In this document: piece by piece, positions 8,155 through 18,916 of the stretch
How positions within the stretch are numbered: position 1 is the first letter of the stretch
How the letters are laid out: each line of letters opens with the position of its first letter
From: Clostridia bacterium
GTDB taxonomy: Bacteria > Bacillota > Clostridia > UMGS1883 > UMGS1540
Assembly (NCBI GenBank): GCA_045531205.1
Contig: JAZSDN010000042.1
Span: forward strand, 26,590-90,589
Direction: 5' to 3'
Length of the DNA: 64,000 nucleotides
Notes under the pieces: generated by a model
The model's database searches: none
Told to the model about the DNA's origin: nothing
The model's input: only the letters and a program-made list of their open reading frames with translations
Position numbers and translations under genes: made by a program

Positions 8155-11100
8155 ATGGCAAAGAGAACAGATATTAAAAAAGTACTTATAATAGGCTCTG
8201 GCCCTATAGTTATAGGTCAGGCGGCAGAATTTGACTATGCGGGAACACAGGCTTGCTTGTCACTTAAGGAGGAAGGATACGAGGTAATACTTGTAAACTC
8301 AAACCCCGCAACAATTATGACAGATACATCAATAGCAGATAAAGTGTATATGGAACCTCTCACTTTGGAATACATAGCAAAAATTTTAAGATACGAAAGA
8401 CCTGATGCAATAGTTCCGGGTATTGGCGGACAAACAGGTTTAAACCTTGCCGTTCAGCTTGAAAAGAAGGGTATCTTAAAAGAATGCGGAGTAGAGCTTT
8501 TAGGTACAAGCAGTAAGAGTATCGAGCGAGCAGAAGACAGAGAACTCTTTAAAAGTATGTGCGAGGAAATAGGAGAACCCGTTATTCCTTCCGAAATCAC
8601 ATATAACATAGAAGATGCAAAAAGAGCCGCAAAAGAAATAGGCTACCCTGTAGTACTTCGCCCTGCATTTACCTTGGGCGGAACAGGTGGCGGCTTTGCA
8701 AATAACGAAGAAGAGCTTATGGAAATAGGTCTTAATGCCTTCAAGCTTTCACCTGTTTCACAGGTACTTATCGAAAAGAGCGTTAAAGGCTATAAAGAAA
8801 TCGAGTTTGAAGTTATGCGTGACTCATCAGACCACGCAATAACAATCTGCGGTATGGAAAATATCGACCCTGTAGGCGTTCACACAGGCGACTCACTTGT
8901 TGTAGCACCCATTCTTTCACTTTCAGACCACGATTTAAAAATGCTCAACGACAGTGCAATAAAAATAATAAAAGAACTTAAAATCGAAGGCGGCTGTAAC
9001 GTTCAGTTTGCTTTGAATCCCGATACAAGTGAATATTACTTAATAGAGGTAAACCCAAGAGTTTCACGTTCGTCAGCACTTGCATCAAAAGCAAGCGGAT
9101 ATCCCATTGCAAGAGTTACCGCTAAAATTGCCCTTGGTATGAAGCTTGAAGAAATAGCGGTTGCAGGCGGCACCGCGGCAATAGAACCAAAGCTTGACTA
9201 TATAGTTGCAAAATTCCCACGCTTCCCCTTTGATAAATTTACATCAGCAACAAATGTTCTCGGAACACAGATGAAAGCAACAGGCGAAGTAATGGGTATA
9301 GGCTCAACCCTCACAGAATGTCTTTTAAAATCTGTACGTTCTCTTGAAACAGGCGTTTGCCACTTCTATCTTGCAAAGTTCGATAAAATGACAGATGACG
9401 AACTTAAAGACTACATAAAAGAATTCAAAGACGATAACGTTTTTGCAGTAGCCGAGCTTTTAAGACGTAAAACAAGCATCGAAGAACTGCACGAAATTAC
9501 AAAGATTACAGAACTCTTCCTTGAAGCATTTAAAGAAATAATCGAAATGGAAGACATAATCAAAAATAATAAAAACGATATTGAGGTTCTTAAAAAAGCA
9601 AAAATTATGGGATTTGCCGACAAGTTTATCGCCCAGCTTTGGAATTGCCCCGAAATTGATGTTTACAACAAAAGAAAAGCAAACAAAATTATACCCGTGT
9701 TCAGAATGGTTGATACCTTGCACACAGGCAAATATATTGCATATCTTTATTCATCTTATACAGGCGAAAACGAATCAAGACTTACCGATAAAAAGAAAAT
9801 TATCGTACTCGGTGCAGGTCCTATCCGTATAGGTCAGGGCGTAGAGTTTGACTATTCAACAGTACACGCAGTACAAACCATTAAAAAGTCTGGGTACGAG
9901 GCTATTATAATCAACAATAACCCCGAAACAGTTTCAACCGACTATACAACTGCCGATAAGCTTTACTTTGAACCCTTAACACCCGAAGATGTTATGGCAA
10001 TAATCGACTTTGAAAATCCCGAAGGTGTTATAGCAACATTAGGCGGACAAACAGCAATAAACCTTGCAGAACCCCTTGTTGCAAGAGGAGTAAAAATTAT
10101 CGGTACAGACTGCGATGCAATAGACAGAGCAGAAAACCGTGACAGATTTGAAAAAATATTAAAAGAACTTTCAATTCCACAGCCACAAGGTAAAGCCGTA
10201 ACAAAAATAGAAGATGGCATAAAAGCTGCAAAAGAAATAGGTTACCCTGTTTTGGTACGTCCTTCATTCGTACTTGGCGGCAGAGCAATGCAGATAGTTG
10301 CGAATGAAGAACAATTAAAGCATTACCTTAAAACAGCGGTTGAGGTTGATGCAGATAAACCCGTACTTGTTGACAAATATATTCAGGGTAAAGAGGTTGA
10401 GGTTGATGCTATTTGCGACGGCAGAGACGTTTTTGTACCTGGTATTATGGAGCTTGTTGAAAGAACAGGTATTCACTCGGGCGACTCAATAAGTGTTTAC
10501 CCAACATTCAGTATTTCCGATAAAGTAAAGGGTATTATTTTGCAGTATGCAAAAAAACTTGGACTTGGAATAGGAATTATAGGTCTTTATAATATCCAGT
10601 TCATTGTTGATAAGGAAGACAATGTTTATATAATCGAAGTAAACCCCCGTTCTTCAAGAACAGTTCCCTTCCTTTCAAAATCAACAGGCTACTCGCTTGC
10701 AGATATCGCAACCGAAGTTATAATGGGTAAATCCTTAAAAGAACAGGGAATTTTTGATATATATCCAAAAGAGAAAAATCGTTTCTATGTAAAGGTACCC
10801 GTGTTCTCATTCAATAAAATAAAAGGACTCGACAGCTATCTTTCACCCGAAATGAAATCAACAGGTGAAGCAATAGGCTACGACGATAAATTAAACCGTG
10901 CCCTTTATAAAGCATTGCAGGCAAGCGGAATGCATCTGCAAAACTACGGTACAGTGCTTGCAACCATTGCCGATGACGATAAAGAAGAAGCACTTCCTTT
11001 AATAAAGAGATTCTATAACCTCGGCTTTAATATCGAAGCGACAGAAGGAACAGCAAACTTCTTAAAAGAACACGGCATACGCACCCACGTTCTTAAAAAG

Positions 11101-11328
11101 ATAAGCAGCGGAAGCGAAGAGATTTTAGATTCCATAAGACAGGGTCATATCGCCTATGTTATAAACACAAAAGCCGCAAATGCGACTCATCAGACAGGCG
11201 ACGGTCAGCAAATCCGCCACTGTGCAACAGAAAATAACGTAACAATATTCACTTCCCTTGACACAGTAAGAGTTTTACTTGATATTTTAGACGAAACCAC
11301 TCTTACAATATCAACAATTGATGCATAA
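8155..11328 (+). CDS. carB: Carbamoyl-phosphate synthase large subunit
   Basis: 1057 aa with a duplicated ATP-grasp half. EVNPRVSRSSALASKATG, EVNPRSSRTVPF and the MGS-like C-terminus are present. Confidence 0.95.
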   Translation: MAKRTDIKKVLIIGSGPIVIGQAAEFDYAGTQACLSLKEEGYEVILVNSNPATIMTDTSIADKVYMEPLTLEYIAKILRYERPDAIVPGIGGQTGLNLAVQLEKKGILKECGVELLGTSSKSIERAEDRELFKSMCEEIGEPVIPSEITYNIEDAKRAAKEIGYPVVLRPAFTLGGTGGGFANNEEELMEIGLNAFKLSPVSQVLIEKSVKGYKEIEFEVMRDSSDHAITICGMENIDPVGVHTGDSLVVAPILSLSDHDLKMLNDSAIKIIKELKIEGGCNVQFALNPDTSEYYLIEVNPRVSRSSALASKASGYPIARVTAKIALGMKLEEIAVAGGTAAIEPKLDYIVAKFPRFPFDKFTSATNVLGTQMKATGEVMGIGSTLTECLLKSVRSLETGVCHFYLAKFDKMTDDELKDYIKEFKDDNVFAVAELLRRKTSIEELHEITKITELFLEAFKEIIEMEDIIKNNKNDIEVLKKAKIMGFADKFIAQLWNCPEIDVYNKRKANKIIPVFRMVDTLHTGKYIAYLYSSYTGENESRLTDKKKIIVLGAGPIRIGQGVEFDYSTVHAVQTIKKSGYEAIIINNNPETVSTDYTTADKLYFEPLTPEDVMAIIDFENPEGVIATLGGQTAINLAEPLVARGVKIIGTDCDAIDRAENRDRFEKILKELSIPQPQGKAVTKIEDGIKAAKEIGYPVLVRPSFVLGGRAMQIVANEEQLKHYLKTAVEVDADKPVLVDKYIQGKEVEVDAICDGRDVFVPGIMELVERTGIHSGDSISVYPTFSISDKVKGIILQYAKKLGLGIGIIGLYNIQFIVDKEDNVYIIEVNPRSSRTVPFLSKSTGYSLADIATEVIMGKSLKEQGIFDIYPKEKNRFYVKVPVFSFNKIKGLDSYLSPEMKSTGEAIGYDDKLNRALYKALQASGMHLQNYGTVLATIADDDKEEALPLIKRFYNLGFNIEATEGTANFLKEHGIRTHVLKKISSGSEEILDSIRQGHIAYVINTKAANATHQTGDGQQIRHCATENNVTIFTSLDTVRVLLDILDETTLTISTIDA

Positions 11329-11600
11329 CCGAAAGAGAGTAATCCGAACCTGCCTAAAACGGTGGAATTTCGGCATCTTTTGGCTTGTCATCCTTGCAAG
11401 GCACAAAGCCTTGCTTCCTCTTCCGCACCAAAATCTACTCAAAATTTCATCCGTTTTAGGTCAATAGAATTTTTAGAGCAGCAGATTTTTGATTGCGGAA
11501 GGCAAAAACACAGGTAATCCTGGCGGATTACCGAGTATTTTAACACATCGAAAGCGAAAATCGGCCTCTAAAAATCAGAGTTCGGATTATTCACTTTCGG
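11329..11600 (+). ncRNA. 272-nt highly structured intergenic element closed by a 21-bp terminal helix (candidate structured RNA or miniature inverted-repeat element)
   Basis: CCGAAAGAGAGTAATCCGAAC (11329-11349) pairs 20 of 21 with GTTCGGATTATTCACTTTCGG (11580-11600). Nested long-range pairs include CCTAAAACGG/CCGTTTTAGG and TTTTTAGAG/CTCTAAAAA. Local hairpins include CAAGGCACAAAGCCTTG and GGTAATCCTGGCGGATTACC. It sits between carB and pyrK. Confidence 0.4.
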
Positions 11601-11613
11601 TTAAGGATAAATT

Positions 11614-12345
11614 ATGAAAAACTGTATTTTTAACATAAAAGAGAATATAGCCTTAACAGAAAATGTTTTTAAAATGACCTTGACGGGCGACACAAAAGAC
11701 ATTTTGCCAGGCCAGTTTGTAAACATAAAGCTTGACGGACTTTATTTAAGACGTCCCATTTCGGTGTGCGATGTAGATAACGGAAACCTTGTTATAATCT
11801 ACAAGGTGGTAGGTCACGGCACCGAAAAAATGAGCCTTATGAAAGAAGGCAGCCTTGATGTTTTAACACATCTCGGTAACGGCTACAGCTTAAAAGAATC
11901 AGGCGAAAAACCCTTGCTTTTAGGCGGCGGTGTAGGCGTACCCCCACTTTATATGCTTGCAAAAGAGCTTATAGCACAGGGTAAAAAAGTTTCGGTAATA
12001 CTTGGGTTTAATACCAAAAGCGAAATCTTTTACGAAAACGAATTCAAGGCTTTGGGAGCAGAGGTTTTTGTTACAACAGTTGACGGAAGCTATGGCACAA
12101 AAGGCTTTGTAACCGATAAAATGAAAGAGCTTGACTATACCTATATCTACACCTGCGGACCCGAAAATATGCTCAAAGCCGTATACCGCGAAAGTAAAAG
12201 TAGCGGACAGTTCAGCTTTGAAGAGAGAATGGGTTGCGGCTTTGGTGCTTGTATGGGATGTTCGTGCAAAACAATAACAGGCTATAAAAGAATATGTAAA
12301 GAAGGCCCCGTGCTATTTAAGGAGGAAATATTATGGGAAAGCTGA
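11614..12345 (+). CDS. pyrK: Dihydroorotate dehydrogenase electron-transfer subunit
   Basis: FAD/NAD-binding fold with a C-terminal 2Fe-2S ligand pattern CGFGACMGCSC. Confidence 0.9.
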   Translation: MKNCIFNIKENIALTENVFKMTLTGDTKDILPGQFVNIKLDGLYLRRPISVCDVDNGNLVIIYKVVGHGTEKMSLMKEGSLDVLTHLGNGYSLKESGEKPLLLGGGVGVPPLYMLAKELIAQGKKVSVILGFNTKSEIFYENEFKALGAEVFVTTVDGSYGTKGFVTDKMKELDYTYIYTCGPENMLKAVYRESKSSGQFSFEERMGCGFGACMGCSCKTITGYKRICKEGPVLFKEEILWES

Positions 12346-13244
12346 ATGTAAATCTTTGCGGCATAGAGCTTTCAAACCCCGTAATCCCCGCAAGCGGAAC
12401 CTTCGGATTCGGGTATGAATTTGCCGAAATTTATGATATAAACTGCCTTGGCACATTTTCGTTTAAAGGCACAACAAAGGATGCAAGATTTGGTAACCCC
12501 ACACCCCGAATTGCAGAATGCACAGCAGGGATGATAAATGCAGTAGGACTGCAAAACCCAGGGGTTGACAAGGTAATTTCAGAAGAATTGCCAAAGCTTA
12601 AAAAATGCTTTGATAAAAAAGTAATGGCAAATGTAAGCGGATTTTCGCTTGAAGAATATGCCTATACCTGCCAAAAGCTTGACTCTTGCGAGCAAATAGG
12701 CTGGTTTGAAGTAAATATAAGCTGCCCAAACGTTCACGGCGGAGGGATGAGCTTTGGTACATCGGCAAAAGCGGCGGCAGAAGTAACAGCGGCAGTAAAA
12801 AAAGTAACCACAAAGCCCGTTTTTATGAAGCTTTCGCCCAACGTTACCGATATTGTTGAAATAGCAAAGGCTTGCGAGGATGCAGGTGCCGACGGAATAA
12901 GTCTTATAAATACCCTTTTCGGTATGAGAATTGACTTAAAAACCAAAAAGCCTGTTATAAAAAATAAAATGGGCGGATTTTCAGGCAGTGCAATATTCCC
13001 CGTAGCTTTAAGAATGGTGTATCAGGTAGCATCTTCGGTAAAAGTGCCCGTTATTGGTATGGGCGGTGTAAGCTCGGCAGAGGACGTAATAGAAATGATG
13101 CTTGCAGGTGCAACCGCAGTTGAGGTTGGAGCTGCAAACCTTGTAAATCCTTACGCCTGCCGTGATATAATAAACGATTTACCAAAAGTAATGGAAAAAT
13201 ATAATATAAATAACTTGCAAGATATAATAGGAGGAGCGTTATAA
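12333..13244 (+). CDS. pyrD: Dihydroorotate dehydrogenase (class 1B) catalytic subunit
   Basis: SNPVIPASGTFGFG...ISCPNV...GGVSSAEDV. Confidence 0.9.
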   Translation: MGKLNVNLCGIELSNPVIPASGTFGFGYEFAEIYDINCLGTFSFKGTTKDARFGNPTPRIAECTAGMINAVGLQNPGVDKVISEELPKLKKCFDKKVMANVSGFSLEEYAYTCQKLDSCEQIGWFEVNISCPNVHGGGMSFGTSAKAAAEVTAAVKKVTTKPVFMKLSPNVTDIVEIAKACEDAGADGISLINTLFGMRIDLKTKKPVIKNKMGGFSGSAIFPVALRMVYQVASSVKVPVIGMGGVSSAEDVIEMMLAGATAVEVGAANLVNPYACRDIINDLPKVMEKYNINNLQDIIGGAL

Positions 13245-13942
13245 TGGGAAAAGATGTAATTGTAGCGTGTGACTTTGCGTCAAAAGAACAGGTTTTTGAA
13301 TTTTTGAATAAGTTTTCAGGAAGAAAACCTTTTGTAAAAATAGGTATGGAGCTTTTTTATGCAGAAGGACCCCAGATTGTCCGTGACATTAAAAAGCTTG
13401 GACACAAAATCTTTTTGGATTTAAAGCTTCACGATATTCCAAACACAGTAAAAAAGGCAATGGCAGTTCTTTCAGGACTTGATGTTGATATATGTAACCT
13501 TCACGCAGGCGGAACTATCCGTATGATGGAAGCGGCAATTGAAGGACTTACAAGAGAAGACGGCACAAGACCTTTGCTGATAGCAGTAACACAGCTTACC
13601 TCAACCGATCAGGAAAGTATGCAGCGTGATTTGCTTATAAACGAAAAAATTGACGAAGTTGTAATGCACTACGCAGAAAACGCAAAAAAAGCAGGACTTG
13701 ACGGGGTTGTATGCTCGCCACTTGAAGCAGAAGCAGTACATAAAAGATGCGGTAATGAATTTTTAACAATAACACCCGGCGTACGCTTTGCAGACGGCGA
13801 TATAGGCGACCAAAAACGTGTTATGACCCCTGCGGATGCAAAAAAAGCAGGCTCTGACTATATAGTTGTAGGCAGACCCATCACAGCAGCAGAAGACCCT
13901 GTTGCAGCTTATGAAAGATGCGTTAAAGAATTTGTTGATTAA
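13244..13942 (+). CDS. pyrF: Orotidine-5'-phosphate decarboxylase
   Basis: DLKLHDIPNTV and VVGRPI motifs. Confidence 0.9.
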   Translation: MGKDVIVACDFASKEQVFEFLNKFSGRKPFVKIGMELFYAEGPQIVRDIKKLGHKIFLDLKLHDIPNTVKKAMAVLSGLDVDICNLHAGGTIRMMEAAIEGLTREDGTRPLLIAVTQLTSTDQESMQRDLLINEKIDEVVMHYAENAKKAGLDGVVCSPLEAEAVHKRCGNEFLTITPGVRFADGDIGDQKRVMTPADAKKAGSDYIVVGRPITAAEDPVAAYERCVKEFVD

Positions 13943-13962
13943 ACTTTTAGGAGGATTTATAT

Positions 13963-14592
13963 ATGGAAAAGCTTATAGCAAAAGATTTACTTTCAATAAA
14001 GGCAGTATTTTTCAGACCCGAAGAACCCTTTACCTGGGCAAGCGGAATAAAAAGCCCTGTTTATTGCGATAACAGACTTACTCTTACTGCTCCCAAAGTT
14101 CGTACCGATGTTGAAAACGGACTTGCAGAGCTTGTAAAGAAATATTACCCCGAAGCAGAAGTTTTGATGGGAACATCAACAGCAGGCATTGCACACGCTG
14201 CAATTGTAGGTCATATTCTTGATATGCCTATGGGATATGTACGCTCGGGCGCAAAAGACCACGGCAGACAAAACCAGATAGAAGGAAAGCTTGAAGCAGG
14301 ACAAAAAGTAGTAGTAGTTGAAGATTTAATTTCAACAGGCGGCAGTGTAATAGAAGTTGTAAATGTTTTAAGAGAAGCAGGAGCAGAAGTTTTAGGTGTT
14401 GTAAGTATATTTACTTACGGAATGAAAAAGGGCATCGAAAGACTTGCAGCTGCAGATGTAAAAAATGTTTCGCTTACAAACTTTGATGTTATAGCATCAG
14501 TTGCAGCAGAAGAAGGCTATATAAAAGCTGACGATGTTCAAAGACTTATAGCATTCAGAAACAACCCATCAGACGAAAGCTGGATAAAATAA
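13963..14592 (+). CDS. pyrE: Orotate phosphoribosyltransferase
   Basis: PRPP-binding VVVVEDLISTGGS. Confidence 0.9.
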   Translation: MEKLIAKDLLSIKAVFFRPEEPFTWASGIKSPVYCDNRLTLTAPKVRTDVENGLAELVKKYYPEAEVLMGTSTAGIAHAAIVGHILDMPMGYVRSGAKDHGRQNQIEGKLEAGQKVVVVEDLISTGGSVIEVVNVLREAGAEVLGVVSIFTYGMKKGIERLAAADVKNVSLTNFDVIASVAAEEGYIKADDVQRLIAFRNNPSDESWIK

Positions 14593-14593
14593 A

Positions 14594-15985
14594 ATGAAAA
14601 AGATTATATTACTTCTACTTGTTTTTTGTATGCTTATGCCATTTTCAACTGCATTTGCAGCAGAAAAGGAAATAAGTGTTTATCTTGACGGAAAAAAACT
14701 TGCATTTGATGTTTTACCCGAAATTGTTAATAGCCGCACCATGGTTCCCATGCGTAAAATTTTTGAAGAAATGGGAGCCGAGGTCAGCTGGAACGGAGCA
14801 AACCGTAGCATAAATGCAACCTGCGGAAATCTTAAAATAAGAATGGCTATAGATTCAAACATTCTGCAGGTAAACTCAAAAGAATTCAAACTCGACCAGC
14901 CGCCGCAGATTAAAGATAGCAGAACTTTAGTGCCTCTGCGCGCAGTGGCAGAAGCATTTTCTGCAAAAGTAGACTGGGACGGAAATAAAAGAAGAGTAGA
15001 TATTTACTCTAAATATCCAGAAGAACTTGACAAATCTTTAAGCATTACTCTTGGCGAAAATTACGACAGACATTATTTTGATTTTTCAAGCGAAAGTGTT
15101 GACGGTGTAGAGTATTCGGTTACAGTAAAGGATAATAAAATTTTTTTCCGTGGAGGAACCGCACTTTTTTACAGTGCCGATATATTTATCTGGGAAGGCG
15201 ATACAGGTTACGGACTTGAAGATGCAAGCTGGAATACCAAGGACATCTACAAAAAATGCGACTTTGAAGTAGTAGCTTCGTGCCGTCAGTTTACAGACGA
15301 AAAAGTATATCTTAGTGCATGGGCAACAATAATGGACGGCAATTATGACGGACATGATTTTAACGATACAAAATCCTTTGTTTTGGAAAAACAAAACGGC
15401 GAATATGTAATATTGCAAGAAGAATCGCCTGTATACCAAAGCAACAAAGCCTTTGTTTCAAAGTGGGAAAACCCTGTAAAATATATAAAAGAAATAACTG
15501 ACAAAGATGTTATTGCGTTGTCAAACAAAATTTGTGCAGGCGCAAAGAATGATTACGATAAAGTTTTAAAAATTCACGACTGGGTAGCGGATAATATTTA
15601 TTATGATTTGAACGCTTTTTTCACAAATCGAATTACAATAACATCAGTTTCCGATGTTTTAAAACACAAAAGAACAGTTTGTGCAGGCTATGCAAATGTT
15701 ACAGAGGCTCTTATATGTGCCCAAGGCATACCTTGCCGCATTGTAAACGGTTATGCCCTGGGAATTGGCACCGAAGGAGAATGGACAAAAGAAAATTCAG
15801 CATATACAAAAACAAATCATGCATGGAACAGAGCCTATGTTGATAACAGATGGATAAATATTGACACTACATGGGACAGCGGCAATGAATATATTAACGG
15901 AGATTTTGAAAAGGGATACGTAGAGCATAAATATTTTGATATTACTGATTTAGAATTTTCAAACACACATAAATATATCAAATAG
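14594..15985 (+). CDS. Secreted transglutaminase-like cysteine protease-fold protein with copper-amine-oxidase N-terminal-type repeats
   Basis: Signal peptide. Two NSRTMVPMRKI and DSRTLVPLRAV repeats. Transglutaminase core Cys (CAGYANVTEALICAQGIPCRIVNGY), His (NHAWN) and Asp (DTTWD). Start is 2 nt after the pyrE stop. Confidence 0.7.
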   Translation: MKKIILLLLVFCMLMPFSTAFAAEKEISVYLDGKKLAFDVLPEIVNSRTMVPMRKIFEEMGAEVSWNGANRSINATCGNLKIRMAIDSNILQVNSKEFKLDQPPQIKDSRTLVPLRAVAEAFSAKVDWDGNKRRVDIYSKYPEELDKSLSITLGENYDRHYFDFSSESVDGVEYSVTVKDNKIFFRGGTALFYSADIFIWEGDTGYGLEDASWNTKDIYKKCDFEVVASCRQFTDEKVYLSAWATIMDGNYDGHDFNDTKSFVLEKQNGEYVILQEESPVYQSNKAFVSKWENPVKYIKEITDKDVIALSNKICAGAKNDYDKVLKIHDWVADNIYYDLNAFFTNRITITSVSDVLKHKRTVCAGYANVTEALICAQGIPCRIVNGYALGIGTEGEWTKENSAYTKTNHAWNRAYVDNRWINIDTTWDSGNEYINGDFEKGYVEHKYFDITDLEFSNTHKYIK

Positions 15986-15997
15986 AGGAGGGAAAAG

Positions 15998-16918
15998 ATG
16001 AGAAGTCTTATTGATATACTCGATTTTTCTACAGATGAAATAGAAGATTTAATAGCTACAGCGGAAGACATTATAGGAAATCCTGAAAAATACAGCGAAA
16101 AGTGTAAGGGTAAAAAGCTTGCCACACTCTTTTTTGAACCTTCCACAAGAACAAGGCTCAGCTTTGAAGCAGCAATGTACGAGCTTGGCGGAAATGTAAT
16201 AGGCTTTTCGGAGGCAACAAGCTCATCTTCTGCAAAAGGAGAAAGTGTCTCAGATACAGCAAAAGTTATAAGCTGTTATGCCGATATTATAGCAATGCGT
16301 CACCCAAAAGAAGGTGCGGCACTTGTTGCGGCAAAGGCGGCATCTATCCCCGTAATAAATGCGGGAGACGGCGGTCATTGCCACCCAACGCAGACTCTTG
16401 CAGACCTGTTGACAATACACAGAGAAAAAGGAAGATTTGATAATCTTACCATAGGATTTTGCGGAGACTTGAAGTTTGGCAGAACAGTACATTCTCTTAT
16501 AAACGCCCTGTCAAGATATCAAAACATAAAAATAGTACTTATATCTCCCGAAGAATTAAAGCTTCCAAGCTATATCAAAAAAGAAGTTTTGGTAAAAAAC
16601 AATATTCCTTATGTGCAGACGCAGAATCTTGAAGAAGTTATGCCAGAGCTTGACATTCTTTATATGACAAGAGTGCAGAAAGAACGTTTCTTCAACGAAG
16701 AAGATTATTTAAGACTTAAAGACAGTTATATTCTCACCCCGCAAAAACTTGCAGGTGCAAAAGAAGACCTTTCAATAATGCATCCCCTGCCAAGGGTAAA
16801 CGAAATAAGCGTAGCTATAGATGAAGACCCACGAGCATGCTATTTTAAGCAGGTTAAAAACGGTAAATATATGAGAATGGCGCTTATATTAAAACTTTTG
16901 AAGGAGGCGTCAAAATGA
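15998..16918 (+). CDS. pyrB: Aspartate carbamoyltransferase catalytic subunit
   Basis: STRTR and HPTQ motifs. Confidence 0.9.
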   Translation: MRSLIDILDFSTDEIEDLIATAEDIIGNPEKYSEKCKGKKLATLFFEPSTRTRLSFEAAMYELGGNVIGFSEATSSSSAKGESVSDTAKVISCYADIIAMRHPKEGAALVAAKAASIPVINAGDGGHCHPTQTLADLLTIHREKGRFDNLTIGFCGDLKFGRTVHSLINALSRYQNIKIVLISPEELKLPSYIKKEVLVKNNIPYVQTQNLEEVMPELDILYMTRVQKERFFNEEDYLRLKDSYILTPQKLAGAKEDLSIMHPLPRVNEISVAIDEDPRACYFKQVKNGKYMRMALILKLLKEASK

Positions 16919-17331
16919 AAATAGATTCCATAAAAAACGGACTTGTAATAGACCACATATCCGCAGGAAACGCAATGAAGCTTTATGAATTGCTCGGACT
17001 TTCAAATCTTGACGTTTCGGTAGCAATAATAAAAAATGCACCCAGCAAAAAAATGGGCAAAAAGGACATCATAAAAATTGACGCAGGAATAAACATAAAC
17101 CTTGAGGTTATAGGTTATGTTGACCCGCTTGCAACAGTTAATGTTATAGAAGACGGTGTGCTTGTTAAAAAACTCAGCATAGATATGCCCGAAACAATTA
17201 CAAACGTAATAAAATGTAAAAACCCAAGATGCATAACCTCGGTTGAACAGGAGCTTGACCACTGCTTCAAACTTACTGACAGAGAAAATAAGGTTTACAG
17301 ATGTATATATTGCGAAACAAAAGCTAACTAA
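16915..17331 (+). CDS. pyrI: Aspartate carbamoyltransferase regulatory subunit
   Basis: C-terminal zinc domain CKNPRCIT...CIYC. Confidence 0.85.
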   Translation: MKIDSIKNGLVIDHISAGNAMKLYELLGLSNLDVSVAIIKNAPSKKMGKKDIIKIDAGININLEVIGYVDPLATVNVIEDGVLVKKLSIDMPETITNVIKCKNPRCITSVEQELDHCFKLTDRENKVYRCIYCETKAN

Positions 17332-17348
17332 AAGAAAGGAGTATTAAA

Positions 17349-18854
17349 ATGGCTAAATTTATTAACGAACCATCACATACCTTTAATGAATATTTACTTA
17401 TACCTGGATACTCATCGGCAGAATGTATCCCTGCAAACGTATCCTTAAAAACTCCCCTTGTAAGACATAAAAAGGGAGAAGAAGCAAAAATCACAATGAA
17501 TATACCTATGGTATCGGCTATTATGCAGTCGGTATCGGGAGACAGACTTGCAGTTGCCCTTGCAACCGAAGGCGGTGTTTCCTTTATTTACGGCTCACAG
17601 TCAATAGAAGACGAAGCCGAAATGGTAAGAAGGGCAAAAAACTATAAAGCAGGCTTTGTAAAAAGTGATTCAAATGTATGCCCTGATGATACTTTGGCAA
17701 AAGTTATAGAACTTAAAGAACAGACAGGTCACTCCACCGTTGCCGTTACAGAAGACGGAACAGCCGACGGCAAGCTTTTAGGTATCGTAACAGGCAGAGA
17801 TTACAGAATAAGCCGTATGTCGCTTGACACAAAGGTTTCAGAGGTTATGACTCCCTTTGAAAAGCTTGTATGGGCAAAAGAAGGCACAACCTTAAAAGAA
17901 GCAAACGATATTATCTGGGATAACAAATTAAATTCCCTTCCCATAGTAAATGACGAAGGAAAGCTCTGCTACTTTGTATTCCGTAAAGACTACGATATGC
18001 ATAAGCAAAACCCCAACGAGCTTCTTGACTCCGACAAACGTTATGTAGTAGGTGCTGGTATAAATACACGTGACTATGCAGAGCGTGTACCCGCACTTGT
18101 AGATGCAGGAGTAGACGTACTTTGTATCGACTCATCAGAGGGCTTTTCCGAATGGCAGAAAATCACAATAGACTGGATACGCAAAAACTACGGAGAAAAG
18201 GTGTTTGTAGGTGCAGGAAATGTTGTTGATGCAGAAGGCTTCCGTTTCCTTGCAGACTGCGGTGCAGACTTTATAAAGGTTGGTATTGGCGGCGGTTCAA
18301 TTTGTATCACAAGAGAAACAAAGGGTATAGGCAGAGGACAGGCTACCGCATTGATAGAGGTTTGCGAAGAACGTGACAGATATTATGAAGAAACAGGCAT
18401 ATATATCCCCGTATGCTCCGACGGCGGTATAGTATACGACCACCATATCACGCTTGCACTTGCAATGGGAGCAGACTTTGTAATGCTTGGCAGATACTTT
18501 GCAAGATTTGATGAAAGCCCCTCAAACAGAGTAAGCATAGGCGGCACATACTATAAAGAATACTGGGGCGAAGGCTCTGCAAGAGCAAGAAACTGGCAGA
18601 GATACGACCTTGGCGGAGATAAGAAATTATCCTTTGAAGAAGGCGTTGATTCTTATGTTCCCTACGCAGGAAGCCTTAAGGATAACGTTGCACTTTCTTT
18701 AAGCAAAGTTAAGTCCACAATGTGTAACTGCGGTGCACTCACAATCCCCGAGTTACAGCAAAAAGCAAAGATAACACTTGTTTCTGCAACAAGCATAGTT
18801 GAAGGCGGCGCACACGACGTTATTCAAAAGGAAAAAAGTACAATAAATAAATAA
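17349..18854 (+). CDS. guaB: IMP dehydrogenase (IMPDH/GMPR family with CBS pair)
   Basis: Catalytic loop [15 protein letters not shown]-domain stretch at residues about 100-210. Confidence 0.8.
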   Translation: MAKFINEPSHTFNEYLLIPGYSSAECIPANVSLKTPLVRHKKGEEAKITMNIPMVSAIMQSVSGDRLAVALATEGGVSFIYGSQSIEDEAEMVRRAKNYKAGFVKSDSNVCPDDTLAKVIELKEQTGHSTVAVTEDGTADGKLLGIVTGRDYRISRMSLDTKVSEVMTPFEKLVWAKEGTTLKEANDIIWDNKLNSLPIVNDEGKLCYFVFRKDYDMHKQNPNELLDSDKRYVVGAGINTRDYAERVPALVDAGVDVLCIDSSEGFSEWQKITIDWIRKNYGEKVFVGAGNVVDAEGFRFLADCGADFIKVGIGGGSICITRETKGIGRGQATALIEVCEERDRYYEETGIYIPVCSDGGIVYDHHITLALAMGADFVMLGRYFARFDESPSNRVSIGGTYYKEYWGEGSARARNWQRYDLGGDKKLSFEEGVDSYVPYAGSLKDNVALSLSKVKSTMCNCGALTIPELQQKAKITLVSATSIVEGGAHDVIQKEKSTINK

Positions 18855-18872
18855 GTTTTTGGTATTCAAGGC

Positions 18873-18901
18873 TTGACTAATTTTGTCAGATATGATAAAA
18901 T
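18873..18901 (+). promoter_or_regulatory. Promoter of the pur operon (TTGACT-17-TAAAAT)
   Basis: Read directly upstream of the riboswitch. Confidence 0.5.
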
Positions 18902-18916
18902 AATAAAGAAGAAAAA

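Noticed and set aside
11329-11600. PyrR attenuator in the carB-pyrK spacer.
   Set aside because: There is no UCCAGAGAGG-type binding loop and no terminator. The structure is a large closed multi-helix domain instead.
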